A DNA stretch of 64,000 nt from Desulfosudaceae bacterium (GTDB lineage Bacteria; Desulfobacterota; Desulfobacteria; Desulfobacterales; Desulfosudaceae), in the NCBI GenBank assembly GCA_963674745.2, contig CAXXDV010000001.1:704001-768000 (forward strand). Reading direction: 5' to 3'. The notes beneath the pieces were generated by a model. It did no database searches, was not told the origin of the DNA, and was given only the letters and a program-made list of their open reading frames with translations. Below are positions 19,553-29,707 of this stretch, piece by piece. The translations under genes were made by a program, and so were the position numbers. Every line of letters starts with the position of its first letter. Within the stretch, counting starts at the first letter, position 1.

Positions 19553-22500
19553 TCAATGACATAGCGTCTGTAAGAAGCATCCGCCGCCCCCGCCTCCTCC
19601 GCCATTAGCACCGGTATCGTCACCGCCGCCGTCACCATCATTGCTGATAAACAGGGCCGGGCCGGAAGGATCTTCAATAACGCCGTTCGCAATGCCGTCC
19701 GCGTCCCCGATCCCGCCGTCCTGCAGGGTCAACGTTACCGACATGCGGTCCCCGCTGATGACGGCATGAGCCGTATAATCATACCAGCCGTTGACGGAAT
19801 CATGTTTATACCAGATCGCTCCTTCAGGAATCGGTTGGGAACAATAAATTGTCAATTCAACGGTGTCGCCGATGAAAGCCGTCAACACCCGGAACGACAC
19901 CAGTCCCAGCGGAAAGGCGTCCGGCCGGTTGGTGGTGTCGGGCACTGTCGCGTCGTCGACCCATTCCAGGTATTCCAGCATGATTTCATCCGGAAGAACG
20001 ACCCCGAAGTACAGCCCTGAACCGTTGGAGACCACGGCGATGTTGTTCTGATCCCCATCCGGTATGCCGTTACCGTCCAGGTCAAGATCATCCGGCAGCT
20101 CCTCACCGGGTGTCCAGATAACTGTAAATTCGGCGCTAACCGCGATGTCGGCCATGACATTGATATCCCGCCGGGTCGCGGTGGTAACGCCGTCACTCCA
20201 CCTCAGAAACCGATAGCCTTCATCCGGACTGGCCGTGACCGGTGATCCGTCCGCACCCTGACGGATTGTCTGGTAACTGTCACCGATGATGGCGCCATGA
20301 TCGCCGGCCGTGTAATCCAGCGTAAAGGTGTTGACAGCCTCTTCAAAAACAGCCGTCACCAGGATATTTGAGGTCACATCGGTGTCCAGGCGCGGGTTCT
20401 CAACAGATCCATCGTCCCATTGGACGAAGTCATAACCGGGGTCAGGTACGGCCAGAACTTCCGAACCGTCGCCGCCATGGCTGACCCGTTGGGGACTGAT
20501 ACCGCTGATACGACCATTGGCACCGGCCGCGTATTCGAGGACGTAAATGTTTCTGGCAAAAACGGCTGTTGCGGCCAGATCGGCGGTGACATTCAGGTCG
20601 GTCCGGTAGGCACCGGCCACGCCGTCACTCCAGCGCACAAAATGATAACCGCTGCGGGGCATCGCCCTGACAGCCGCGCCGTCCGTTCCGTAATCGACCG
20701 TCTGGGGATTCGGGCCCACAACACTCCCGCCACTGCCGGCGGTATAGGTCAGGGTATAAGTGTTAATGGGCGCCACAGCGGTCACGCTGATATCGGCCGC
20801 GGGCATGGTCAGGGTGGTATCGGCCTGATTGGTATCCGCCACCCAGGCGGTCTGACCGGTCCAATGCGAAAACGTATGGCCGACGGGAACCGTGGCTGAG
20901 ATGGCGACATTTACCCCGGGCAGGTAGTTCCCACCGCCGGTGCCGTCGTTTACCGTCAGTGTAAACGTCGCGGCTCCCTGGGTCTTATATTCGGCCGTCA
21001 CCGCCGCGGCCGACGAGGGCATGACCAGGGTGGTGTCCGGCAGGTTGATGTTGGCAAGGGTGGCCGTGTCCCCGGTCCACTGGTCGAACACCATGCCGGC
21101 CGGGGATGGATCCGCTGCCAGCAGAACCGTTTCACCGGGCAGATAATCCCCGCTGCCGCTGCCGGATGTAACCGTCAACGGATAGGTGACGGCGCCCTGG
21201 GCCTTGAAGGTGGCGGTTACGGTTGTCACCGCACCGGGCATGAACAAGGTGGTGTCCGGCAGGTTAACGTTGACGATGGTGGCGGTGTCCCCGGTCCATT
21301 GGTCGAACACCATGCCGGGCGAGGGGGCATCCGCCGCCAGCGTCACCGTATCACCGGGCAGATAATCCCCGCTGCCGCTGCCGTCAACGACGGTAAGCGA
21401 ATAGGCTGTGGTGCCCGGATCCTTGTAAGTGGCCGTTACGATCACATTCCCGTCGGGTATGGTGACGGTCGTGTTGGGCTGATAGATATTGGCCACCGTC
21501 CCGGTATCGCCGGTCCACTGGTCGAACACCAGGCCGGCCGCGGGCGGATCGGCGGCAATGGTGACCACATCTTCAAACGGGTATGTTCCGTCGCCCACGC
21601 CGCTGTTGACCGTCAGGATATAATTGTTGATCGTCCACTGGGCGTAAAGGGTCACGTCGCCGGCACCCATGGCAAAGGTGTCACCGCCGGTGTAGCCGGT
21701 TCCGCTGCCGTTGGCGGCCGTGTTCCAACCGCTGAACGTATGGCCGGTTTTGACCAGGGAGCCGGTATTGCCCAGCACGGTTACTGTATTGGTAATATTG
21801 TAGGTATTCCCGTCCACCGGGACGCTGCCGCCGCTATTGGTGTTGCCGTTGTAAGTCACGCTGTAGGGAATGGCCGTCCACTGGGCGTAGAGCGTCACGT
21901 TACTGCTGCCCATGGCAAAGGTGTCACCGCTGGTGTAGCCGGTACCGCTGCCGTTGGCGGCCGTGTTCCAGCCGGCGAAGGTGTAGCCGGTCTTGACCAG
22001 GGAGCCGGTGTTGCCCAGGACGGTTACCGTATTGGTGATATTGTAGGTATTGCCGTCCACGGGAACGCTGCCGCCGGTATTGGTGTTGCCGTTGTAAGTC
22101 ACGGTATAATCGATGGCCGTCCACCGGGCGTAGAGCGTAACATTGCCGGTAATGCCGAAGGTATCGCCCCCGGTATAACTGGTGCCGCTGCCGTTACTGA
22201 CCGTGTTCCAGCCGGCAAAGGTATAGCCCGTACGCACCAGACTGCCGGTGTTACCCAGCACCGTGGCCGTGTCGCCATAGGTATAAACCGTCCCGTCCAC
22301 GGGCACCGCACCGCCGGTATTGGTGTTGCCGTTGTAAGTCACGCTGTAGGGAATGGCCGTCCACTGGGCATAGAGCGTCACATTGCTGCTGCCCATGGCA
22401 AAGGTGTCGCCGCCGTTGTAACTGGTACCGCTGCCGTTGGCCGCCGTGTTCCAGCCGTTAAAGGTATAGCCGGTTTTGACCAGGGAACCGGTATTGCCCA

Positions 22501-25477
22501 GCACCGTCACCGTATCCGTGATGTGATAGGTGTTGCCGTCCGTCGGCGCCGCCCCGCCGGTGTTGGTGTTGCCGTTATAGGTAACCGCGTAATTGACGGC
22601 CGACCACTGGGCGTAAAGCGTGACATTGCTGAGACCGATGGCAAAGGTATCGCCGCCGGTATAGCTGGTGCCGCTGCCATCGGCGGCCGTATTCCAGCCG
22701 GTAAAAGTATAACCGGTGCGCACCAGACTGCCGGTATTGCCCAGAACCGTGGCCGTGTCGGTATAGTGATAGCTCGTGCCATCTGTAGGCACCGCGCCGC
22801 CGGTGTTGCTGTTGCCGTTGTAAGTGACGGAATACGTGATCTCCGTCCATTGGGCATAGAGCGTCACATTGCTGCTGCCCATGGCAAAGGTGTCGCCGCC
22901 GTTGTAACTGGTGCCGCTGCCGTTGGCAGCCGTGTTCCAGCCGGAGAAAGTATAACTGGTCTTTACCAGGGAGCCGGTGTTGCCCAGGACGGTCACCGTA
23001 TTGGTAATGTTATAGGTGTTGCCGTCGGTCGGCACCGCTCCGCCGGTGTTGGTGTTACCGTCGTAGGTGACCGTGTAATCGATGGCTGTCCATTGGGCGT
23101 AAAGCGTCACATTGCTGAGACCGATGGCAAAGGTGTCGCCGCCGGTATAGCTGGTGCCGCTGCCGTCGGCGGCCGTGTTCCAGCCGGCAAAGGTATAACC
23201 GGTGCGCACCAGGCTGCCGGTGTTGCCCAGGACGGTCACCGTATCCCCGTCGGCATAGCTGCTGCCGTCCGTGGGAACCGCTCCGCCGGTATTGCCGTTT
23301 CCGTCGTAGGCCACCTTGTAACCGCCCAGGGTAATGTTATCAAAGTTGAGCTGGTTAACGCTGCCGCCGGTCACGGTGATATCAAAACGAAGCTCGGTGA
23401 CATCGACAAAAGCGGAAAAATCCAGCCCCAGGAGGGCCAACGAGTAGGCCAGGCCGTTGTACATGGTAAAGCTGGAAATGGATTGACTGGTCGTTCCCCC
23501 GGCATTCAAATCGGCCGTAATCGTGATCGATACCACCCGATCGGCGCCGTAGGGACTGAACTCCATGTCCCCCAGGTCAAACATCGACAGGTTGGTGCCG
23601 TCCGGCTTGATGACGATCCCGGTTTCCGTTGCATTGGATGAGCTGTAATACATGCTGGTGATGTCATTGGTGAAGGTATCCGATACCAGAAACCGGTTGC
23701 CCTGGGGTTTGAAGCCGCCGCTGGCCGCGCCCAGGGCGCTAAAATCGTATTTGGGAAGCCCGGCCGGATCGGTGGTGTGGTTGATGATATTGGTGCCGGT
23801 AGCGGTCAGGTAGTTTTCCCCGCCTCCGGAACCGTCAAACTCATAAACGGCTGTTCGGTATTCGGTGCCGGCCGACAGGCCGGCAATACGCGTATGGTTT
23901 TCAGTCCCGATATAGACGCATTTCCAGCCGCCGCCGATGTCCGCGGCCGTGCCAAAATTCGCATCAGCGGTGTACTCGGTGCCGTCCGTCACCGTGGGGG
24001 TGCCGGTATTGCCCGCTTTGATAAACATGATCCGGCTGGTGCCGTTTCCGTTTACCCAGTAAACATCCATGGTCGTCGTGCTGGTGCTGGCCACCTTCAG
24101 GCCGGACGCCTGCGTGGTTGGTTCGGTGCCAAGCACGTACTCATCCGGATCGGAAATGGTGATGTTGCCGAAGTTTATATTTAAGACCTGGTCGGTGGTG
24201 ATATCGAAACGAAGTTCAGTGACGTCATTAAAAGCTGAAAAATCCATGCCCATGAAGGACAGGGAATACGGTATGCCCAGGTACATGGTAAAATTGTTGA
24301 CGGTCTGGCTGGTTGTACCACCGGCTTTCAGGTCCGCCGTAACCGTAACGGTAACCGTGCGGTCGGCATCATAGGGGATGAGTTCCAGGTCGACCAGGTC
24401 AAATGAAAAAAGGGTTGTGGCATTGGGTTTGATCACCATCCCTGTAACGGAGGCGCCGGAATCGTTATAATACATACTGGTACCGTCATTGGTGAACGTC
24501 TCACTGACCAGGTAGCGGCCGCCCTGGGGCTTGAATCCGCCGCTGGCCGCGCCCAGGCTGCTGAAGTCTTTCTTGTCTAGACCGGCCGGACTGGTGGAGT
24601 GGTTGATGATGTTGGTGCCGATTGACGTCAGATAGGCTTCGCCGCCGCCGGTGCCGTCAAATTCATAGACTACCATCCGGTATTCCGTATTGGCGGCCAG
24701 GCCGGTAATGGACAGCAAGTGACCGGTGTCCCGATACACGCATTTCCAGCCGCCGCCAATGTCCGTGGCTGCCGAAAAATCCGCGTTGGCCGTATACACG
24801 ATGCCGTCAGTAACCGTGGGGGCGCCGGTATTGGCCTGCTTGGCAAATACGATGCGTTTGGTGCCGTTTCCGTTCTGCCAGTATATGTTAATGACCGTGG
24901 TGGCGTTGCTGGCCGCCTTGAGGTTCGAGGCCTGCACGGTCGGAGTTGTGCCGGACGCGACCGGCGCCTGCTCGTCGGTAATCGTGATATTGTCGAAGTT
25001 AATGTTATATACCAGGGAGCTCACCACGGTCAGGTCAATTCTGAGTTCGGTAACGTCATTAAAGGCGCTGAAGTTCATGCCCATGGCCGTCAGGGAGGTC
25101 GCTGCCGTTAAACCATAATTTGAGACCGACTGGCTGGTGGTGCCGCCGGCCTTCAGATCCGCGTGAACGGCAATTGACACCGTATAGGTGCCGCCATAGG
25201 GGCTGATGGTCATGTTGCCCAGGTCAAAGGAAGACAGGTTGGTGCCATCCGGCTTGATAACCATGTCGGTGACGGTCGAATTGACGCTGTCATTGTAATA
25301 CATGCTGGTGCCGTCATTGGTAAACGTTTCCGTCACCAGAAACCGGTTGCCCTGGGGTTTGAAACCGCCGCTGGCCGCACCGAGATTGGAAAAATCATAC
25401 ACGGCGGCAGAAGCGGGCAGGGCCAGGGTAATAAGTAAAAACAGCACTGGGACAAACCGACAAACGGACTTTTTCAT
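19553..25477 (-). CDS. 1974-aa surface/adhesin-like protein with InlB B-type repeats and a C-terminal anchor region
   Basis: Signal peptide; seven YxVTYxGN..GWNT..GSGT..TLYAQW repeats; further repeat blocks; WYK..GWYDY..LTLQDGGIGDADG..IEDP (choice-of-anchor U-like); GGGGGGCFL tail. Confidence 0.88.
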   Translation of the reverse strand: MKKSVCRFVPVLFLLITLALPASAAVYDFSNLGAASGGFKPQGNRFLVTETFTNDGTSMYYNDSVNSTVTDMVIKPDGTNLSSFDLGNMTISPYGGTYTVSIAVHADLKAGGTTSQSVSNYGLTAATSLTAMGMNFSAFNDVTELRIDLTVVSSLVYNINFDNITITDEQAPVASGTTPTVQASNLKAASNATTVINIYWQNGNGTKRIVFAKQANTGAPTVTDGIVYTANADFSAATDIGGGWKCVYRDTGHLLSITGLAANTEYRMVVYEFDGTGGGEAYLTSIGTNIINHSTSPAGLDKKDFSSLGAASGGFKPQGGRYLVSETFTNDGTSMYYNDSGASVTGMVIKPNATTLFSFDLVDLELIPYDADRTVTVTVTADLKAGGTTSQTVNNFTMYLGIPYSLSFMGMDFSAFNDVTELRFDITTDQVLNINFGNITISDPDEYVLGTEPTTQASGLKVASTSTTTMDVYWVNGNGTSRIMFIKAGNTGTPTVTDGTEYTADANFGTAADIGGGWKCVYIGTENHTRIAGLSAGTEYRTAVYEFDGSGGGENYLTATGTNIINHTTDPAGLPKYDFSALGAASGGFKPQGNRFLVSDTFTNDITSMYYSSSNATETGIVIKPDGTNLSMFDLGDMEFSPYGADRVVSITITADLNAGGTTSQSISSFTMYNGLAYSLALLGLDFSAFVDVTELRFDITVTGGSVNQLNFDNITLGGYKVAYDGNGNTGGAVPTDGSSYADGDTVTVLGNTGSLVRTGYTFAGWNTAADGSGTSYTGGDTFAIGLSNVTLYAQWTAIDYTVTYDGNTNTGGAVPTDGNTYNITNTVTVLGNTGSLVKTSYTFSGWNTAANGSGTSYNGGDTFAMGSSNVTLYAQWTEITYSVTYNGNSNTGGAVPTDGTSYHYTDTATVLGNTGSLVRTGYTFTGWNTAADGSGTSYTGGDTFAIGLSNVTLYAQWSAVNYAVTYNGNTNTGGAAPTDGNTYHITDTVTVLGNTGSLVKTGYTFNGWNTAANGSGTSYNGGDTFAMGSSNVTLYAQWTAIPYSVTYNGNTNTGGAVPVDGTVYTYGDTATVLGNTGSLVRTGYTFAGWNTVSNGSGTSYTGGDTFGITGNVTLYARWTAIDYTVTYNGNTNTGGSVPVDGNTYNITNTVTVLGNTGSLVKTGYTFAGWNTAANGSGTGYTSGDTFAMGSSNVTLYAQWTAIPYSVTYNGNTNSGGSVPVDGNTYNITNTVTVLGNTGSLVKTGHTFSGWNTAANGSGTGYTGGDTFAMGAGDVTLYAQWTINNYILTVNSGVGDGTYPFEDVVTIAADPPAAGLVFDQWTGDTGTVANIYQPNTTVTIPDGNVIVTATYKDPGTTAYSLTVVDGSGSGDYLPGDTVTLAADAPSPGMVFDQWTGDTATIVNVNLPDTTLFMPGAVTTVTATFKAQGAVTYPLTVTSGSGSGDYLPGETVLLAADPSPAGMVFDQWTGDTATLANINLPDTTLVMPSSAAAVTAEYKTQGAATFTLTVNDGTGGGNYLPGVNVAISATVPVGHTFSHWTGQTAWVADTNQADTTLTMPAADISVTAVAPINTYTLTYTAGSGGSVVGPNPQTVDYGTDGAAVRAMPRSGYHFVRWSDGVAGAYRTDLNVTADLAATAVFARNIYVLEYAAGANGRISGISPQRVSHGGDGSEVLAVPDPGYDFVQWDDGSVENPRLDTDVTSNILVTAVFEEAVNTFTLDYTAGDHGAIIGDSYQTIRQGADGSPVTASPDEGYRFLRWSDGVTTATRRDINVMADIAVSAEFTVIWTPGEELPDDLDLDGNGIPDGDQNNIAVVSNGSGLYFGVVLPDEIMLEYLEWVDDATVPDTTNRPDAFPLGLVSFRVLTAFIGDTVELTIYCSQPIPEGAIWYKHDSVNGWYDYTAHAVISGDRMSVTLTLQDGGIGDADGIANGVIEDPSGPALFISNDGDGGGDDTGANGGGGGGGGCFLQTLCH

Positions 25478-25718
25478 TTCAAAAGTTCCTTATTCGATTT
25501 TAATTTTTCTGGTTCAAACGCAGAACGCGATCCGTGAAACACTTCGAAAAACCCGATATGCTTCAAAACATCATATTAATTTAAGATATTATATAATAAA
25601 CCCCGGTTTTTTGACAGTAATATTTTATCTTCCATCATAAAAGGTGGCGCCCGGGTTCGAGGTTTGAGGGACCGGTTTCAGAAAAGGGGGGGCGGCGGTA
25701 AAACCTTAAAATGCTTAC

Positions 25719-26726
25719 TTAAAGGCACTTTCGTTTCAACTGTAATACGCGTGAGACCGAACGCAGGGAGGCCTCACGGGCCGACTCGTCTGAGCAGATC
25801 TTTTCCAGAAGCGTGTCAAAGGCGGCCTGCCGGGCCGGCCCCCGATGACAGACCATGGCCAGGTCGATATCCGCTTCAATTACACGCCTGATCACGGTTT
25901 TTATATCATAATGCCGGACAATGGCCCCCATATCCAGGTCATCGGTCATGACCACGCCGTCAAATCCCATTTTATCACGAAGCAGGGTTTTGACAATTTT
26001 GACAGACATACCGGCCGGCCAGTCCCTGTCCCAGCCGGTATAGAGGATATGGGACAGCATGACGGCGGAAACATCACTGTCAATGGCCGCCTGAAAAGGG
26101 ACCAGGTCGGTGGCGGCCATTTCGTCCGGACCTGTTTCCAAAGAGGGCCGGTCAATATGAGAATCGGCAGTGGTGCGGCCCAGGCCGGGGAAATGTTTGG
26201 CCACTGCCATAATGCCGCCGGCCTGCAGACTGTCGATCACCCGGCACCCGAGACGGGCCACGTTTTGGGGGTTACCCGGAAACGACCGGTCTTTCATGAT
26301 ACTGTTTTCACATAATGAAGCAACATCCATGACCGGCGCGAAGTTCATGTTGACACCGATGTGCCCCAGTTCAACGGCGGATATCCGCCCAAACCGATCC
26401 GCCGCATCATAATCGTTAATATGCGCATTCCCCGGAAACAGGGTAAACGGTTCCCGTAACCGGGCCACGGTTCCACCCTCCTGGTCAATGGCGATCAACA
26501 GCGGCGGCAGGCCGCAGTCAGCCGCGCAGGATTGCGCAGCGGCGCACATCTCCCTTATATCTTCCGGGCCTTCCAGGTTTCCGGAAAACAATATAATGCC
26601 GGCGACATTCAGTTGTTCGATCAGAAACCTTAAATCGTCATTAAAGCCGGGGCCGTCAAAACCGGCGATCAGGCGCTGACCGGCCAGCATTTTGTCCGGA
26701 AAAGAGGACGGATTCATAAGATGCAC
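25719..26726 (-). CDS. nagZ: Beta-N-acetylhexosaminidase (GH3)
   Basis: IDQEGGTVARL, KHFPGLG..DSH, MTDDLDMGA. Confidence 0.92.
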   Translation of the reverse strand: MHLMNPSSFPDKMLAGQRLIAGFDGPGFNDDLRFLIEQLNVAGIILFSGNLEGPEDIREMCAAAQSCAADCGLPPLLIAIDQEGGTVARLREPFTLFPGNAHINDYDAADRFGRISAVELGHIGVNMNFAPVMDVASLCENSIMKDRSFPGNPQNVARLGCRVIDSLQAGGIMAVAKHFPGLGRTTADSHIDRPSLETGPDEMAATDLVPFQAAIDSDVSAVMLSHILYTGWDRDWPAGMSVKIVKTLLRDKMGFDGVVMTDDLDMGAIVRHYDIKTVIRRVIEADIDLAMVCHRGPARQAAFDTLLEKICSDESAREASLRSVSRVLQLKRKCL

Positions 26727-26732
26727 CTTTCT

Positions 26733-27530
26733 TCACCCTGTGGTTTTACGAAACCGGGACACCTGCCGGGAAATCGCGATCAGCTCATTTTTTTCATCCC
26801 ATACCCGGGCGTCTTCCTCGACCACCCCGTGACTGAGAAAAAGTGATCGAAACACACATTTCAGCCATGCGGATTGGGGGTTATTGCGGACATTGATGGA
26901 CATTTCAATGGTCGGCACCCAGGCCACCGCCCCCTGGCTGGCCAGGATCGGCGGCGGAAAGGCATCGGCCGCCAGAAGTGCCGACAAGGCGTCAAACGGC
27001 CGATCATCACGAAACCTTATCCACCCCCTGTGCTCCGATTCTTCCGACAGCTTGCCGGTCGTCATCCAGCCGGCACAGGCCGGGTCCAGTCTGACCTCCA
27101 GATGATCGAACATGGTATAACCGGGAAGGCTCGGCATTTCGATACATTGCTCAAGCCCGGGAAGCTCGGGCGCGGCGGCTTCATACCGCTTCTCACCGGT
27201 ATCGTTACCTTCATCCGTCATGGTACAGAAAGCCCGGATTCTGGGAGTTCCCTCCTGAAGCAAGGTGGCCTGCCAGCGGTCAAAATAACGGGAGCCGCCC
27301 AGATATTCCAGCCCGATCTCCGCCGGACCCGGCCTACAGCGGGCAATAAAATTGGCGGTCACGATCAGGGGCCACTGTTTACCGGCGCTTTTTTGCACGG
27401 CGTTGGCCAGCATGGCCATAAGATAACCGCCATCGGGATTTTTATCCACGGACCAGTTTTCGGAAACCGTCGCCTGAAACGTTTCCGGCGTCTGCAAAAT
27501 CACTTCGATATCCCTGTCAAATTGATACAT
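26733..27530 (-). CDS. Double hot-dog thioesterase family protein
   Basis: NPDGGYLMA, ADAFPP, WVPTIEMS, VEEDARVWD..SRQ. Confidence 0.88.
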   Translation of the reverse strand: MYQFDRDIEVILQTPETFQATVSENWSVDKNPDGGYLMAMLANAVQKSAGKQWPLIVTANFIARCRPGPAEIGLEYLGGSRYFDRWQATLLQEGTPRIRAFCTMTDEGNDTGEKRYEAAAPELPGLEQCIEMPSLPGYTMFDHLEVRLDPACAGWMTTGKLSEESEHRGWIRFRDDRPFDALSALLAADAFPPPILASQGAVAWVPTIEMSINVRNNPQSAWLKCVFRSLFLSHGVVEEDARVWDEKNELIAISRQVSRFRKTTG

Positions 27531-27689
27531 TGCCACTCCTTCCCGTCTAAAATAACCAGAGGCCCCAAGACATGGGTTTTACATTAAATATCATGCCGGC
27601 GGTAAGCATGCAACCGCAACCCCGGCTCCTTTATGTAAGTTACCGGACGGGAACTCACGAAGGGACAGCCGCGGGAATTGTTTTTCTTT

Positions 27690-27768
27690 GGGCGGCCACG
27701 GGGGGCCGCCCCTACGGATCGTGGAGCGCGTTCATGGATATTGTAGGGGCAGGCCCCTGTGCCTGCCC
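27690..27768. repeat. GTAG-type REP pair (cluster 4)
   Basis: gggcggccacggggggccgcccctac (27690-27715) and gtaggggcaggcccctgtgcctgccc (27743-27768). Confidence 0.85.
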
Positions 27769-27942
27769 GTTTACCGCGCGATCACAGGGGGGCGGAGACG
27801 GTAGGTCGGTAAGGTAATCACAAAATTTCCGGCATGACTTCAAAAATGGGGTTGCGGTGCTGGCTTTTTTGTGACAAGACGATTTTAATTAGGCATACTA
27901 AATGTTTTTTAATATAAATCAAATAAACTAAATGAGGCTGTT

Positions 27943-29346
27943 ATGGGCGGGGTTTTTGGTTGTGCCACGAAAAATGACTGCGTGTTGGACCTGTTTTACG
28001 GGATAGACTACCTGTCTCATCTGGGAACCCGAAGGGCCGGAATGGCCGTATGGAACACGTCCGGGATTAAACGAAAAATACACAGCCTGGAAAGTTCATA
28101 TTTCAGGACCAAATTTGAATCGGATCTGCCGGAACTGACAGGCGGCACCGGCATCGGCGTCATCAGCGATCATGAAGACCAACCCATCCTCATGCGTTCC
28201 CACCTGGGCACCTTCGGACTGGTAACAGTTTCAAAAATCAATAATATTGAAGAACTGGCGGAAAAGGCCTTGAGCAAGAAACAGCATTTTTCCGAACTTA
28301 GCCCCATCGGCATTAATCCCACGGAACTGGTGGCCATGCTGATCTGCGAACAGGATTCGTTTGAAGCCGGAATCGCCTATGCCCAAAGCCTGATCAAAGG
28401 ATCCTGTACCCTGCTGCTGCTGGCCGACAATTCGATATACGCCGCCCGGGACAAGTTGGGTCGGACCCCGATTATTATCGGTAAAAAAGACGGGGCTTTT
28501 GCGGTATCCACCGAGACCTGTGCTTTTCCCAACCTGGGATATATGGTGGAAAAAGACATCGGCCCGGGTGAAATCGTCCGTATTACGGGCGACGGGTATG
28601 AACAGCTTAAGCCGCCGGGCGATAAAATGCAGATCTGCTCATTTTTATGGGTTTACTATGGATATCCGGCTTCCGCCTACGAAGGCATAAATGTGGAATG
28701 CGTCCGTTACAAGTGCGGCAATGCCCTGGCCAGAAACGACGACGTGGAGATTGATTTTGTGGCCGGCATTCCGGATTCGGGCATCGGTCACGCGGTGGGA
28801 TATGCCAATGAAAAGCGTGTCCGCTATAAACGGCCCTATGTCAAATACACCCCGACCTGGCCGAGAAGCTTCATGCCCCAGAACCAGGAGGTCCGTAACC
28901 TGGTGGCCAGGATGAAACTGATCCCCATCGCCGACCTGATCAAAGGCCAACGGATCCTGTTCTGTGAGGACTCCATTGTCCGGGGAACCCAGTTACAGGA
29001 CAACGTGGAGCTGTTGTTCAATACCGGCGCCAAAGAGGTGCACATGCGACCGGCCTGCCCTGTCCTGATTTATCCCTGCGAATTTCTAAATTTTTCCCAG
29101 TCCCGGTCCACCCTCGACCTGGCTGGCAGAAAAGCCATTTTAGAAATAGAAGGCCGGGAGGATGCCAACCTGGAACGTTATGCCACGGCCGGCACGGATG
29201 AAAATAAAGCCATGATCGAAGGCATTCGAAAACGGCTGAAGCTGACCACGCTGAAGTTTCAAACCATGAACGATCTGGTCGGCGCCATCGGCCTGCCCAA
29301 GGATAAGTTGTGTACGCATTGCTGGGACGGCTCCAGCTACTTCTGA
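27943..29346 (+). CDS. purF: Amidophosphoribosyltransferase variant lacking the N-terminal Cys
   Basis: RDKLGRTP, GIPDSG, PRPP motif EDSIVRGT, LCTHCWDG; starts MGGVFG. Confidence 0.88.
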   Translation: MGGVFGCATKNDCVLDLFYGIDYLSHLGTRRAGMAVWNTSGIKRKIHSLESSYFRTKFESDLPELTGGTGIGVISDHEDQPILMRSHLGTFGLVTVSKINNIEELAEKALSKKQHFSELSPIGINPTELVAMLICEQDSFEAGIAYAQSLIKGSCTLLLLADNSIYAARDKLGRTPIIIGKKDGAFAVSTETCAFPNLGYMVEKDIGPGEIVRITGDGYEQLKPPGDKMQICSFLWVYYGYPASAYEGINVECVRYKCGNALARNDDVEIDFVAGIPDSGIGHAVGYANEKRVRYKRPYVKYTPTWPRSFMPQNQEVRNLVARMKLIPIADLIKGQRILFCEDSIVRGTQLQDNVELLFNTGAKEVHMRPACPVLIYPCEFLNFSQSRSTLDLAGRKAILEIEGREDANLERYATAGTDENKAMIEGIRKRLKLTTLKFQTMNDLVGAIGLPKDKLCTHCWDGSSYF

Positions 29347-29529
29347 TGACTTCGTCAGACGCCGAATATCTGCGTTGCACTTCATCCCTCGGGATTTCAC
29401 GGACTAACAGGTGATTAGGTGTTTATGTGATTAAGTGGTTAAAAGGACGGGGTTTGAGATTGGGGTTCAGCCCGCTACGCGGGGGAATGTTCGAGGTTTG
29501 AGCTTAAAAAGGCACAATCGTGTACTCGT

Positions 29530-29588
29530 GTAGGGGCAACCCCCTGTGGTTGCCCTTTTGTCGTGCGGCCACAGGAGGCCGCCCCGAC
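29530..29588. repeat. GTAG-type REP pair (cluster 5; second copy degenerate)
   Basis: gtaggggcaaccccctgtggttgccc and gcggccacaggaggccgccccgac. Confidence 0.8.
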
Positions 29589-29707
29589 AACAGTCGACAG
29601 CGATCTGCAACACAGAAGCAAAAAAACCATAAAATATTCGGCCTAAAAAATATCGTTTGAGTCATCAGAATCGTTCAGAATCGGGTAAATCAAGCATTCT
29701 CGCCTGT

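Noticed and set aside
21630..23320. Near-identical DNA repeats as a diversity-generating retroelement TR/VR pair
   Set aside because: They are in-frame domain repeats, differences do not look adenine-specific, and there is no reverse transcriptase.
21299..23641. 780-aa plus-strand ORF
   Set aside because: Antisense shadow of the repetitive, codon-biased surface protein gene; the same applies to other long antisense ORFs such as 58251-59213 and 62957-63904.
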